Below, piece by piece: positions 12,001 through 24,896 of a stretch of DNA of 64,000 nucleotides. Made by a program: the position numbers and the translations under genes. The notes under the pieces are model-generated. The model did not search any database, was not told the DNA's origin, and saw only the letters and a list, made by a program, of their open reading frames with translations. Within the stretch, counting starts at the first letter, position 1. Every line of letters starts with the position of its first letter. The stretch is taken from assembly GCF_018350175.1 (NCBI RefSeq), contig NC_058368.1, forward strand, positions 372,001-436,000, read 5' to 3'. Origin of the DNA: Felis catus (Eukaryota).

Positions 12001-14289
12001 ATGTGATACATCACATTAATAAAAGAAAGGATAAGAACCATATGATCCTGTCAATCGATGCAGAAAAAGCATTTGACAAAATACAACATCCTTTCTTAAT
12101 AAAAAAGCTCAAGAAAGTCGGGATGGAAGGAACATACTAAAACATCATAAAAGCCATATATGAAAAGCCCACAGCTAAGTATCATCCTCAATGGGGAAAA
12201 ACTGAGAGCTTTCCCCTGAGACAGGAACACGACAGGGATGTCCACCCTCACCGCTGTTGTTTAACATAGTGTTGGAAGTCCTAGCATCAGCAATCAGACA
12301 ACAAAATGAAATAAAACCATCAAAAATTGGCAAAAAAGTCTAACTTTTCACAGACAATATGATACTCTACATGGAAAACCTGAAAGGCTCCACCAAAAGA
12401 CTCCTAGAACTGACACATGAATTCAATGATGTCACAGGGTACAAAATCAATGTACAGAAATAGGTTGGAATTTTATACACCAATAATGAAGCAACAGAAA
12501 GAGAAATAAAGAAACTGATCCCATTTACAGTTGCACTAAGAATCATAAAATACCTGGGAGTAAACCTAACCAAAGATGCAAAAGACCTGTATGCTGAAAA
12601 CCATAGAAAGCTTATGAAGGAAATTGAAGAAGGCACAAAGAAATGGAAAAATATTCCATGCTCATGGTTGGAAGGATAAATATTGTCAAAATCAATACTA
12701 TCCAAAGCAATCTACACATGCAATGCGATCCCAATCAAAATTGCACCACCATTCTTCTCAAAGCTAGAACAAACAATCCTAAAATTTGTATGAAACCACA
12801 AAAGACCCCATATAGCCAAAGTAATATTGAAAACCAAAGCAGGAGGCACCACAGTCCCAGACTTTAGTCTCTACTACAAAGCTGTAGTCATCAAGACAGT
12901 ATGGTGTTAGCACAAAAAACAGACACACAGACCGATGGAATAGAAAAAAGAACCCAGAGCTGGACCCACAAATGCATGACCAACTAATCTTTGACAAAGT
13001 AGGAAAGAGCATCCAATAGAAAAAAGACAGTCTCTTTAGCAAATGATGCTGGGAGAACTGGACAGCAACATGTGTAAGAATGAAACTAGACCACTTTCTT
13101 ACACCATACACAAAAATAAATTCAAAATGGATGAAGACCTAAATGTGAGACAGGAAACCATCAAAACCCTAGAGGAGAAAGCAGGCAACAACCTCTTTGA
13201 CCTCAGCCACAGCAATTTCTTACTCAACATATCTCCAAAGGCAAGGGAATTAAAAGCAAAAAAATGAACTATTGGGACCTCATCAAGATAAAAAGCTTCT
13301 GCACTACAAATGAAACAATCAACAAAACTACAAGGCAACTGATGGAGTGGGAAAAGATATTTGCAAATGACATATTGGATAAAGGGCTAGTATCGAAAAT
13401 CTATAAAGAACTTACCCAACTCAACACCCGAAAAACAAATAATCTAGTAAGGCAATGGGCAAAAGACATGAATAGACACTTTTCCAAAGAAGACATCCAG
13501 ATGGCCAACAGAAACATTAAAAGATGCTCATTGTCACTCCTCATCAGGGAAATACAAATCAAAGCCACACTGAGATACCACCTCACACCAGTCAGAGTGG
13601 CTAAAATTAACAAATCAGTAAACAACAGATGCTGGCGAGGATATGGAGAAACAGGAACCCTCTTGCACTGTTGGTGGGAATGCAAACTGGTGCAGCCACT
13701 CTGGAAAACAGTGTGGAGGTTCCTCAAAAAAATTAAAAATAGAACTACCCTATGACCCAGCAATAGGACTGGTAGGAATCTACCCAAGGGATACAGGAGT
13801 GCTGATGCATAGGGGCATATGTACCCCAATGTTTATAGCAGCGCTATCAACAATAGCCAAATTATGGAAAGAACCTAAATGTCCATCAACTGATGAATGG
13901 CTACAGAAGATGTGGTTTGTGTATACAATGAAATACTACTTGGCAATGAGAAAGAATGAAATCATGCCATTTGCAGCAATGTGGATGGAACCGGAAGGTA
14001 TTATGCTGAGTGAAATAAGCCAGTCAGAGAAAGACAAATATATGTTTTCACTCATATGTAGATCTTGAGAAACTTAACAGAAGACCATGGGGGAAGGATA
14101 GGGGAAAAATAGTTACAAACAGAGAGGGAGGGATGCAAACCATAAGAGATTCTTAAATACAGAGAACTGAGGGTGGATGGGGGGAGTGGGGGAGAAGGGA
14201 AAAATGGGTGATGGGCATTGAGGAGGGCACTTGTTGGGATGAGCACTGGGTGTTATTTGCAAGCCAATCTGACAATAGATTATATTCTT
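9053..14289 (+). mobile_element. 5'-truncated carnivore LINE-1 with disrupted ORF1 (ATG ~9344) and ORF2 (ATG ~10294 to ~14068) and 3'UTR
   Basis: ORF-track pieces match L1 endonuclease (WIKKQDPSICC, IINVYAPN), RT ([47 protein letters not shown]) and C-terminus ([13 protein letters not shown]); many stops and frameshifts. Confidence 0.96.
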
Positions 14290-14512
14290 TTTTTTTTTAA
14301 TTTTTTTTTCAACGTTTATTTATTTTTGGGACAGAGAAAGACAGAGCATGAACGGGGGAGGGGCAGAGAGAGAGGGAGACACAGAATCGGAAACAGGCTC
14401 CAGTCTCTGAGCCATCAGCCCAGAGCCTGATGCGGGGCTCAAACTCACGGACCGTGAGATCGTGACCTGGCTGAAGTCGGACGCTTAACCGACTGCGCCA
14501 CCCAGGCGCCCC
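14290..14512 (-). mobile_element. Young felid SINEC_Fc inserted into the L1 tail
   Basis: 18-bp TSD acaatagattatattctt at 14272-14289 and 14513-14530. Confidence 0.95.
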
Positions 14513-14605
14513 ACAATAGATTATATTCTTAAAAAATTTTTTAAAATAAACGTCCTCCCCCCCCCCCCAAAAAAAATTCCCATGGTTAAAAATCTGATGA
14601 GAAGT

Positions 14606-14790
14606 GGGGCATCTGAGTGGCTCAGTCAGTTAAGTGTCCAACTCTTGATTTCGGCTCAGGTCACGTTCTCATGATTCATGAGTTGGAGCTCCACATAGGG
14701 CTCTGCACTGACAGTGTGTAGCTTGCTTAGGATTCTCTCTCTTCTCTGCCCCTCCCTTGCTCTTGCTCTCCTCTCTCAAATAAACTTTAA
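14606..14790 (+). mobile_element. CanSINE
   Basis: 18-bp TSD aaaaatctgatgagaagt at 14588-14605 and 14791-14808. Confidence 0.93.
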
Positions 14791-14999
14791 AAAAATCTGA
14801 TGAGAAGTTATTATGACAGTTGACAAAGGAACTACATCAGCAGTCTATATTTAAAAAGCCTTCCTCCTTGCAGTTTTCTTCAGTGTCCCTGGGCAATGTT
14901 TTGGTTATCTCCTGGAGCATTTACATTTCAAAGACACGATAAGATTTACAACATCAAGAAACAGAGAAGGAATGCAAGTTTTCTCCTAGGAGTTTTGGG

Positions 15000-15573
15000 G
15001 TAATTGCCATTTAAATTTTTCTTCTTAATAGGGGCCAAAAGACCTGGGGTATTTTATCTGTTTTCTCATCAATTACCATAACATCCTCCTCTTCATTTTT
15101 ATCACTTTCTCAGAGATTCCATCTCTTAGCGTCCTAACCAGGCTTTGTCACATGTACCCAGATCTTCATCTGAGGAATCCTAGGCTCTCCTAGCTTTGTA
15201 GAACACATGCCCATGCCTCTAACTTCTTATCCTGCTCTCCCACCTGTCTGTAGCCCTGAAGTTCTAAGAGTATTGGACACTCACGCATCCTTCTCTAATC
15301 TCAGCTGTTCTAATTTTCTATTTTGAGCTCCAGCCTCTAGTTGGGCATCAATGACCACCAAACCGTCCATAGTAGAGACCAGTCCACAGCAGCAACTATG
15401 AGCTGCCTTTCTCTTCTGCATTTTCCAGGTGTCCCCATACTCACACAGCGGTCCACAAGCATCTGACATCCGGCCACCCCTCCCTGCACAGAGACCCATG
15501 TTCATCTTGGGATTTCCCCACAGATGCCTCATTCCTAAGGCTCATTTCTTCAGGCTCTGGCTGGTTGACCAAT
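15000..15573 (-). mobile_element. ERV internal 5' fragment: PBS and ERV-L-like gag N-terminus
   Basis: TGGTCAACCAGCCAG-AG right after the LTR's terminal CA; minus frame reads PQMKIWVHVTKPG*DAKRWNL*ESDKNEEED, resembling the ERV-L gag KVRAL..WD..W motif. Confidence 0.7.
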
Positions 15574-16007
15574 TGTTGGGTTGCAACCATTTCAGAGTTT
15601 CCTGAGTATAATCTGAAATTGGTCCCTATATGCAGAGGACAAGGAGAGACCAAAGAAAGAGGAGGCCACTCCAGGTTGATAAGTGGCAGTTTTAATAAGT
15701 AAAGGGAACTTGTATGTGAGGTTTATCTTGGGTGGCAGCAAGATGAGTGGATCCCCACCCCCACCTGCCAAATCTTAAAAGTTTATAAAGAAGCCTAACT
15801 GGGTTCAGTCACGTATTACAGTTCAGGTCTTCTTGGCAATACATCACATCTCAATGCTATGTCCTTGGAACAGCCTCTGGGATTAGGAAAGGCAAGTGGA
15901 ACCCACATTCCAAGGACAGGGGTGGGGTGGGTTAGGAGCCTCTGAGTGTCCAGATTCAGCTCACAGCTGAACCAGCAGTCATGTCTTTTGGATGACCTAC
16001 CCCAACA
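15574..16007 (-). mobile_element. 5' LTR of the same ERV family as 8627-9052
   Basis: TG...CA termini (tgttgggg...cccaaca) on - strand, internal TATAAA and ATTAAA; 15 mismatches in the first 74 aligned bases versus the 8627 LTR. Confidence 0.88.
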
Positions 16008-16910
16008 CCCTCTGAGAGAGGTTAATGGGGTCCTAGCACCTTCCAGATGCTAATAGCGTGGCAACTCTCCAACAATGAAAAGATCATAGTATAAAATTTT
16101 TTTGAATGTATCTGTCCTTATGACCATGTTGCAGAACTAAGTCTCCATGGCACACATTTGGGAACAACTAATAAGATAAATAGAATCCTCAAGAAATCAC
16201 CTTTCTGTGTTTCCCCTTCTCATGCATTACTAATCATAGCTGAATAATCTAATTCTATGTGGCTAAGACCAAAGAAGCCAAGAAAACAAGGGTATTTAGG
16301 CAGCTATTTGGATCTTTTCAGTTCCAAATCTAGGTTATCCTGTGAACTGCACACTTGATGTCTAATGCTGTTCAAACCCACCAATAAGTTGCTTGGATGC
16401 TCCATTTCCTTTTATTTTGTAGAAACAGTTTATATGCTGCATTTGAAAACAGAACTTATAACCAATATGAGATTTAGCAGAAATAGCTTGACTTCTCTGA
16501 GTTCTTAGGAAAACTAAGAATTAAGATCACTTCATTGCAGCCTCTCAAATATTTCACAGCCAGAGCCTCTGCTCCATGCTTCTCTCATATTGTTCATTGT
16601 CTGCCTCCCCACTGCTACCCAGACACCCCAAGGTTAATAAAATGTCTTCAGAACTAATCACAAGGAAATATGGTTCTAAAATAGTGCTTATGAAAATGGA
16701 GCATTTGATGGTAATATCCAGTTATGAGAATATCAATAGATTTTTTTAAATATAAACCACATCCTAAAAGGTGGTCAATCATATAGGTCTCCTTTAGGTT
16801 GCCGACGAATGACAGAAAACTGCCTTTGGCATCTGATTTCCTTTTTAGATGTTAGAAGCTCTCTGTATGGTTTGCTGGGCTGATGAGCTTAGAGAGCTTG
16901 CATTAGTTTC

Positions 16911-17326
16911 TATTAGCTCAGGATTCTCCAGAGACACAGAACCCATAGGATATTTAAATATAGAGAGATTTATTTTCAAGAACTAGCTCACAAAGTTGTT
17001 GGGGCTGGCAAGGCCAAGATCTACAAAGCAGGCCAGCAGGCTGGAGTCCCAGGGAAGACTTGATACTGCAGCTTGAGTTGAAAGAGGTCTAGAGACAGAA
17101 TTCCCTCTTCCTTGGGGGACCTCAGTCTGTTTTCTCTTAAGTCCTTCAACTGATTGGATGAGGCTCACCCACATTATTGAAGGTAATCTACTTTATTCAA
17201 AGTCTACTGATTTAACTGTTAATCATGTTGAAAAACAATGCTTTCACAGCAATATCTAGACTAGCATTTGACCAAAAACTGGATGGTATGGCCTAGCCAA
17301 GTTGACACAGAAAGTTAACCATCATA
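16911..17326 (-). mobile_element. MLT2-type (ERV-L) solo LTR
   Basis: tattagctcaggattctccagagacacagaacccatagga ... gcctagccaagttgacacagaaagttaaccatcata, characteristic MLT2 termini in reverse. Confidence 0.85.
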
Positions 17327-17344
17327 GACCTTTAGTCAGAATTT

Positions 17345-17557
17345 TCTTTTTTAAAGTTTACTTATTTATTTTGAGAGAGAGAAGAGTGTGCATGAGCAGA
17401 GGAGGGTCAGAGAGAGAGGGAGAGAGAGAATCCCAAGCAGGATCCACACTGCCAGTGCAGAGCCCGACATGGGGCTTGAACTCACAAACTGTGAGATCAT
17501 GACCTAAGTTGAAGTCAAGAGCCAGATGCTTAACTGACTGAGCCACCCACCAGCCCT
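17345..17557 (-). mobile_element. CanSINE
   Basis: Reverse SINE body; degenerate TSD tcagaatt. Confidence 0.9.
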
Positions 17558-18169
17558 ACTCAGAATTCTCTAAGAGCTGAAAGGTTGCATCAGAAGTAAG
17601 ATGAAATTATTGAACTGAGACCAGCTTTTTTTTTGCTTCTGTGTGGCATGTCTTTCATTGATTGCTGAAGTGGAGCTGAGGGGTGCCCCTGGCAAAAGAT
17701 CGGGTTCACAACCAGTGTTAGCCCAGCCCCTTGGGAAGGTGGAGGGTCCAGGACAGCCCAAGGCCTGGCTTCTCCAGTCTAAAGCCAACTCAGCTCATAT
17801 TTCCTGGCCATGTAGGGAGGGAAAGAAGTAAAAGAAAGGTGTCGTTAAGTTGCCACACAGGTGCTGATAAGCTTCCATAGGCATTCCGAGAAGAGGTGGT
17901 TAGCATATGAGATTCAAACAGCCTGTAATCACCTAGACTAATAGGATTTCCATTCACTTGCTCACCATGGGAACAATATGATTCTTACTGCAGATGAACC
18001 ATCTCTCACACACTCGTGATGGCATCAAAACCAAATAACCCATCACACAGAAGTGGAGAACAACCGACAAAGACTAGCATTTGCTGAACTGAACTGGAAA
18101 ATCTCCCAAGGAGATCACAGTTGTTCGTGTCCTAGACTGTGTCTCTGGGAATTAGAAATTGGCATTATG

Positions 18170-18397
18170 AGGGGCACCCGGGTGGCTCAGTTGGTTGAGC
18201 ATTCAACTTTGGCTCAGGTCATGATCTCACAGTTCATGGGTTTGAGCCCCGCATTGGGCTCTGTGTTGACAGCTCAGAGCCTGGAGCCTATTTCAGATTC
18301 TGTATATCCCTCTCTCTCTGCCTGTCTCTGTCTCTATCTCTCTCTCTCTCTTTCTCACTCTATCAAAAACAAACATTAAAAAATTTAAAATAAAAAA
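18170..18397 (+). mobile_element. CanSINE
   Basis: 16-bp TSD agaaattggcattatg at 18154-18169 and 18398-18413. Confidence 0.93.
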
Positions 18398-19592
18398 AGA
18401 AATTGGCATTATGCTGTAAACGGTGTTCCTTCAGCCTTCAATCCTCTCTGCTGATTCAGAACCCCAGCATCTACAGAGGTTCTCCAGCAACCCTGGCATG
18501 CCGGGAGAGGTCTCCATTCCTTCCTCCCTCTGCTCCAGCCCTGTCACACTCCACTGCTAACTCCCTGTCCACCAGACACCAAGGATCATCACCACTTCCT
18601 GCAAATTCCTGCTGAACCTCAGTTTTCATGAGGCATGGCCACTGTCAATGCACAGAACTTATAGGTGCCAAACCCAAGCTTTGGAGGTGTGGGGGACAGA
18701 CTTCTGAGCTTTTACTCTCAGTCCTCTCTCTTCCTTGAGCCAGAGGTGCATCCATGAGCTGGGCCAAAGACAAACTGGAATGACAACACATTGCACGGCT
18801 CTTCCAATGACTAGCGTTTTTGTACTGGACCAACCTATGCATACCTCATTCTTTCTTCCCTGCAAGGAGATGTCTCCACCCAACCTCCTTACTTTTGGTC
18901 TGCCCCACAAGTTAACCAGACATGCCCAGGCAGGTCCTACTGTTGGACATAATTTAGGCTCAAGCTGGATTGCAATGTGTTCTCTTCCCCTTGTGTAAAC
19001 ACATGCACATATCAGTTACCTATAAAAATATAGAAATAATTAGAAATGTTGTTGCTTTGAGGTCATGACAATTCAATAAGTTGTTTGTAGAATGAATCTA
19101 AAACCTTTTCATGAAAAGCTGTATTTGGATGTCAATATTTACAGGTTACTTGAAGCCAGCACATGGCTGAGACACTCAACTTGCTGTTGGTGAATGTATA
19201 CTTCAGGCTGACTGCTTTGGAGTATAACTGGCCTGTGCTTACTCACACACACTCCCACATCCCCTTCTTCCTGGGAACAAGAGCGGCCTTTTTCCAGAGA
19301 ATTGCTATGAGACATTTGCCCTTTAGTCTACAGATCTGAGCCACAAGAGCAAAGCACCCATTTAATTACATGCAATAAAACTACCACATAAGTATGTACA
19401 AAGGCAAGATAAAGGTTCTTAGACCATGAAGTGTTAGAGTCAGAAGGGATTTTAAAGAGCATCTAGTCCAGGGCCCTTGACCTTGGCTACACATTAGAAC
19501 CACCTGGGGATGCAGCTCACACCAGGCAAGTAGAGTCACTCTCTGCAGGTCCAGGCACAGGTATGCACAGGCTGAGGGCCAATGACCTGGTC

Positions 19593-19737
19593 CAATGGTT
19601 CTCAAGCCCACTCATTCATAAGAATTACCTGGGGAACCTTATAAAAATAAACTTCTGGGACCTATCCCATACTTATTTCGGTGTGGGGTTTTTAAAGCTT
19701 CCAAGAGATTCTGTGATCAGTCAGGTTTGGGAACCAT
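19593..19737. mobile_element. MER5-like hAT-Charlie MITE
   Basis: caatggttctcaa...agaattacctggggaacc...tttgggaaccatt termini. Confidence 0.55.
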
Positions 19738-20513
19738 TCATCTACCCAGTTCTAACACTGTCCTGAGGCCACAGATATGTTAAGTGTCTTGTCGTAGCAA
19801 ATATGGTCAGCAGATAAGAAAGCCAGGACTAGAATACCGTTGTACAGGTTCTCAATTCAGCATCATTTATGAAGTAATTATTAAGTCTTTCTGTCTCTCA
19901 AGCTGGAAAGAAATATCTACTTTTACATTTTAGGTTTCACAAAAAAATTTGAACAATGTTTTGTCTTTTTCTATTTCATCAAAAGCTCCTCACATCTAGA
20001 AAATCCAACTGCAAAATGAGTTTTTTCAGTAGTTTATAAGATACTTTCCTAATTGCAAAAGTCAATCATTAAAATCAAAGGTTATGAAGGGAGATTGTGA
20101 AATCTCCTTTTAAAATGATATTTTAAAAATATTCTTTCATTTCTCCAAGAGAATTTAGATGTGGAGGCAACTACTACATGCCAATCACCATGGCTGTGTC
20201 CCTGAGAGACTTAAGCAGCAAAGAGCATAGTCCTTTGATGGGGAGACAAGCAAATGAAAAGAAGCAATCAGGGACTATGAATGCATTAGTCCTCTGGAGC
20301 AGGTAGAGTGTGAGGTGAGCTGTTACTCAGAGAATGACTCATGGAAGAAGCAAGTCTTGAGAAGTAAAACATGATGTTTCCAAATCCAATCCAGCCCTAG
20401 CAGTCAGGAAACATTCACCATTTGTTTTTTCTCATAATCTCGTGGTTTGTTGTTTCTTTGTGCTAATTACCATTGGAGTTTTTTTGTTGTTGCTTCTTTT
20501 CTTTCACTGGCAG

Positions 20514-20553
20514 GTTTTGTTTTGTTTTGTTTTGTTTTGTTTTGTTTTGTTTT
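20514..20553. repeat. (TTTTG)n microsatellite
   Basis: Direct reading. Confidence 0.9.
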
Positions 20554-21142
20554 CTGGTTTGTTTGGGATTTGTCTTTTGTCTTTTACTAAAGTCGTCCTT
20601 TGCTCAGTCAGAAATGAACTATTTGGCACACAACTGCAAAGCCTGCGGGTGTTCTATAAATTCTTGGTGCCTGAGTGATGCCAGGTGGCCTTGATAGAGA
20701 TGGTCTCACACAGGGATCAGGAGCCCAGTGTGTCTTTTTGGAATGTGCTCCCCCTGCTGGTCACCACCAAAAGTGAAAATTGGTTCTGAGAAGGCACTGA
20801 ATTCCTACAGGGTCCTTTCAGACCCAAAAATGGGACCTCTGCAGAGTGGTAAGAATTTTCTGGCTGAAAAGATATCTGATTAAAGAAAAAAAAAATCTTA
20901 CAGCCACACTCATGCAGGTTGACTGTCTTAAAGCGAATCTGGTTCATCTAGGCACTTGGGAGGGACTGGCAAAAAGAAAATCTGAATCTGTTTTTATTTT
21001 CACATTTGCCCTAGCAATAAGACAAGTATAATTTAGGCCAATGTCCCCAAATTTGCCCGCTGACAAGCAATAAAGGATTGACCCCCAATGCATCTAGAGG
21101 GTATAGTGTTGCCAGCAAAAAACAAATGACGATATCCAGGAA

Positions 21143-21201
21143 TAGGGTTGCCAGAAAATAACAAATAACAATATCTAGTTAAATTTTCATTTCAGCTAAA
21201 T

Positions 21202-21255
<54 letters not shown>

Positions 21256-21361
21256 TTAGTGGGTATGTCCTATGCAACATTTAAGACATACGAAAACATT
21301 ATTCATTGTTTATCTGAAATGCAACACTAATGGCAGCCTTGTGCTTTATCTGGCAACTCTA
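21143..21361. mobile_element. MER53 palindromic hAT MITE containing (GT)23 at 21205-21250
   Basis: TIRs tagggttgccaga...tctggcaactcta with internal inverted arms (ttcagctaaataac / gtttatctgaaat). Confidence 0.85.
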
Positions 21362-24300
21362 AGCAGGAAGAAAAAGTAAGAGGAGAAACATCAGCCTGTT
21401 AGATAAATACTGCCCAGATGTAGTAGTGACTGGAAGCTGGGGACTATTGAGCCATTAGACAGGACATGATAACCAGCCCCACCAAGACCCATCTAACTTA
21501 ATTTTCTCTCCCTATAGCTGGAGACAGTTAGACCCTGCACTATTGTAACTGTCAATTAACTAAATGCAGTTTGTCCTGTTTTTCTGACTCTGCCTGTTTC
21601 CTAGAGTGTAATCATGTTGGTCTCATGTTAATTAACACATATTGCATTTCGGCAGCCAGTGGTTTTATTTCCTAAGGGGACACTTTGACAGCCACAATAA
21701 GATTGCCTATAAATGTACTAAGTGTTTTCTTTTGCCTTTTCTACCTCTGGCCTCCCCCAGCATCCAGATGCACTTTACAGAGCAGGTCTGACCCTTTGCT
21801 GTCTCCCCTGTGTGATGGCAGATAAAATTTCAGAATCTCCACTGCCAACTTACCTCTTAAGGGGACTTCCTGGCAGAATTTGCAGGCAAGCATCTGCCAG
21901 TTTTCTCCTGATTGTCCCTTGAAAGCAGCTTCTCGTTTTCCTCTACTCGTTTTTTTATTTCCTTGGATGTCTATGCAGAATGCCTAAAGTATCTAGGCAT
22001 GCTTTGAACTCTTCACTGGGTTTGGCATTGGCCACTCTTGTGCACCTTTCTGGATCAGCAAGAGCTAAGTTGGTCCTGCTGTGAATGAGACCAGGAATTC
22101 AGGCCGTGTTCCTTTTCTTTTTTTCTCCATTTGCTTCTTCAGTGAATTTTTGTTATTTTGAAGTGCTGAATCCCAGAACAGATTTGTTCTGAGAGTTAGA
22201 CATGCTGACTGAAGATGCTGGCTTATCATAGACAATTTATGTAAAGTGTATGAGAGAGAAAGAGAGAGACAACCAAGTAAGGAAGTGTTTGTAATCTGTG
22301 TCTGGTTTACATCAAACACTGACCCCATAAGGACAAGGTCATCTCATGCACCCAAACACCAAAACTGGCATCTGACAAGGGACAGATCAGACATGGAAGT
22401 TGGGGGAGATAAACACAGTTGTATTAACTTTATGGAAAAAAAGGTCAAACTCTACATTTTACTTTTTTTATGAATGTAGATCTTCATAAATAATGAAGCA
22501 CCTCTTCACTATTAGTAAATTGAAACTGATCTTTGTGGATGAGACAGACTGTGTCTCCTATGATGTCCCTTAATCCCATAGATCCCCTTTTCCAGCCCTT
22601 AGAACAGCTCAGTTAACCGTGGAAGCACAGGATAAATATAAATTTGTTGAGGCATGGAAAGGGGAGAGTCCCATAAGCTTCCCTAACTTGGATTGTGTAA
22701 CTACCATTTGCTCTCTCCCTGGTTTCATTCCAAAGACTCTTGACAGAACAAATAAATTTTGCCTAAAATAACAGTTGCTTGGAGACTTGACATGCTCAGG
22801 GCATCTGAGTGCTAAAGCACATTTGACAAAAGCTGCAAGACACCTTGTTTAGAACCTGTTCACTGATAGGAAACTCGAATAAAGAGAACTGGGTTCAAGA
22901 CTCATGTTGGGACAGTTGCAAGCCCAGTAACTTCAGAGTTAGGAGGGCTCTCCGTGTCTGTTCTAGAACCACTCATCTTTCTCAAAATGTGGTTTCCATT
23001 AGGCTACTCTCATCCTCAAGCGTTCCCTAAGGCATAATGATAAAGCCCAGCCCCTGCACAGTCCCATCTTAACAGCCAGACCTCCTGCTACTCCCTGAGA
23101 GAACCTGTCTGCTCTGGCTACCATTCTCTCACTGGAATGCTACCATTTTCATTGCACCCCTTCGGTCATTGCAGGAGTGATTACCTTCCTCTTTCTTCCT
23201 CTCCCATAACATTCATCACCCTCCTCCCTAGTTGTCTCAGATTACACAGCCTTCAAAATCCACTTGCACTTGCCCCCCCCCCCTTCAAGAGCACCCATCA
23301 TTCCACCGCCTAGGGCTCACTGCTTCCTTGGTTCCCCTCTGGAATTCTACTGTCTGCCCACTGACTCAGTACTGGACCACTGCTGCCTTTGATATGTCTT
23401 TATATTAATATTCTAACCTGGAGTGATGTATCTTACCTCCTCAACCAGGTCAAAATCTCTTTCAAAAGAAGGACCTGTCATGGCACTACACACACATCAC
23501 TGGCCTCCAGTAGATATTTCAGGAATAAACAATTATTGGAATATCTGCTTTTGGCTCCTTAACTCTGAATATGGAAGCTGGTAACAAAGAGAGTATCACC
23601 CCAGTCACAGAAGAGGCAAATTCCTGCAAAATTAACCAAGTACCTTTCTGTGAATAATATCCTTCACGTCATATGTGCTATGTCTTATATGTTACACACA
23701 TATACATGGTTAAATTCCATGAGAAAGGTGAAGATGATTCAAATGGGAAAAATGTTTCACCCTAAGATTCAAAAACAAATTTAAGAACTTCAGAAGGCAG
23801 TCAATTTTTTTCAATCACCTATTAAAAGGAAAATGGTGATTTTTTTGAAAAAGGATCTTAGTACCCAAAATAAGTCACAGACAATAAACCCCAGTAACCT
23901 AATATTTTAGGGAGCTATATTCACAAGGGGGAAAAAACATGCCCTGTGGCATGCCCCCATGGCCCCACCTAAGGCCCCTGCAAGCCTTTTACCTACTTCT
24001 AAAATCACCCCCATCCACTCCAGTCATGGTCTTTAACAGCCTCAGGCAGGGCCATTATCATGGTATTGGTGCTTATTTCCGAAAGCAGGTTTCCTTTCTG
24101 CAGGTTGTTCAGATGCCAACCTCAGAGTTTCTTATACATGAAGAAATGAGGAAGCAGTGTAGCGGTGTGCTCGCCTCCAGTTTTGTTTTGGTTTTGGTTT
24201 TTCATTTTGACTCTAATCCAGACACCCTCATCCGTGCAGAAATGCAGCCTAGTCATAGCCTGGCACGATGAGTGGACACAGGTGTGTGGGGACTGCCTGT

Positions 24301-24649
24301 GTGCGTGGGACAGGAATCCAGGGAGAGGAAGAAAACAGTGGGCAGCAGTGGCACTGGCTGATCCTGATGTGAGGCAGGAAGTGAACCTTCCTCTTCCCAT
24401 TAGCACCTGGATCCCCTTTTCTTCTGTTGAATCTTCACACTCACACTGCCTGGAGCCAGCTGGCAGATGTCCCTTTACCCAGGATTCTGCAGCAGGAGGT
24501 GGGGGGGGCCTTCAGGGTAACAAACGTGATCCAGTAACACAAGGTCCAAACTCTGCCACTCTTTCTGCCTCCCTCCTACCTTTCACAGAGAGTGAAAAGG
24601 GACAGAAAAAAAAAAACCTGAATAATTAATTCTAAGAAATAAAAATCTT

Positions 24650-24822
24650 GGGGTACCTGGGTGGCTCAGTTGGTTAAGTGTCCGACTCCAGCTCAGGTCA
24701 TGATCTTACAGTTTGTGGATTCGAGCCCCGCATCGGGCTCTGTGCTGACAGCTCAGAGCCTGAAGCCTGCTTGGGATTCTGTGTCTCCCTCACTCTCTCT
24801 CTCTCTGTCCCTCTCCCATTCA

Positions 24823-24864
<42 letters not shown>

Positions 24865-24896
24865 ATAAACATTGAAAATTTTTAATTAAAAAAATT
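24650..24896 (+). mobile_element. CanSINE with long (CT)n
   Basis: TSD taaaaatcttg. Confidence 0.92.

Noticed and set aside
9344..14068. Active L1
   Set aside because: The promoter-bearing 5' end is missing and both ORFs are broken into many fragments.
15100..15140. TGG->TAG/TGA stops in the ERV as APOBEC hypermutation
   Set aside because: There are only a few sites in an element about 20% diverged, so this cannot be told from neutral decay without a consensus.
15279..15490. Minus-strand GTGAGT donors suggesting exons of a cellular gene
   Set aside because: They fall inside the ERV leader/gag remnant just downstream of the PBS.
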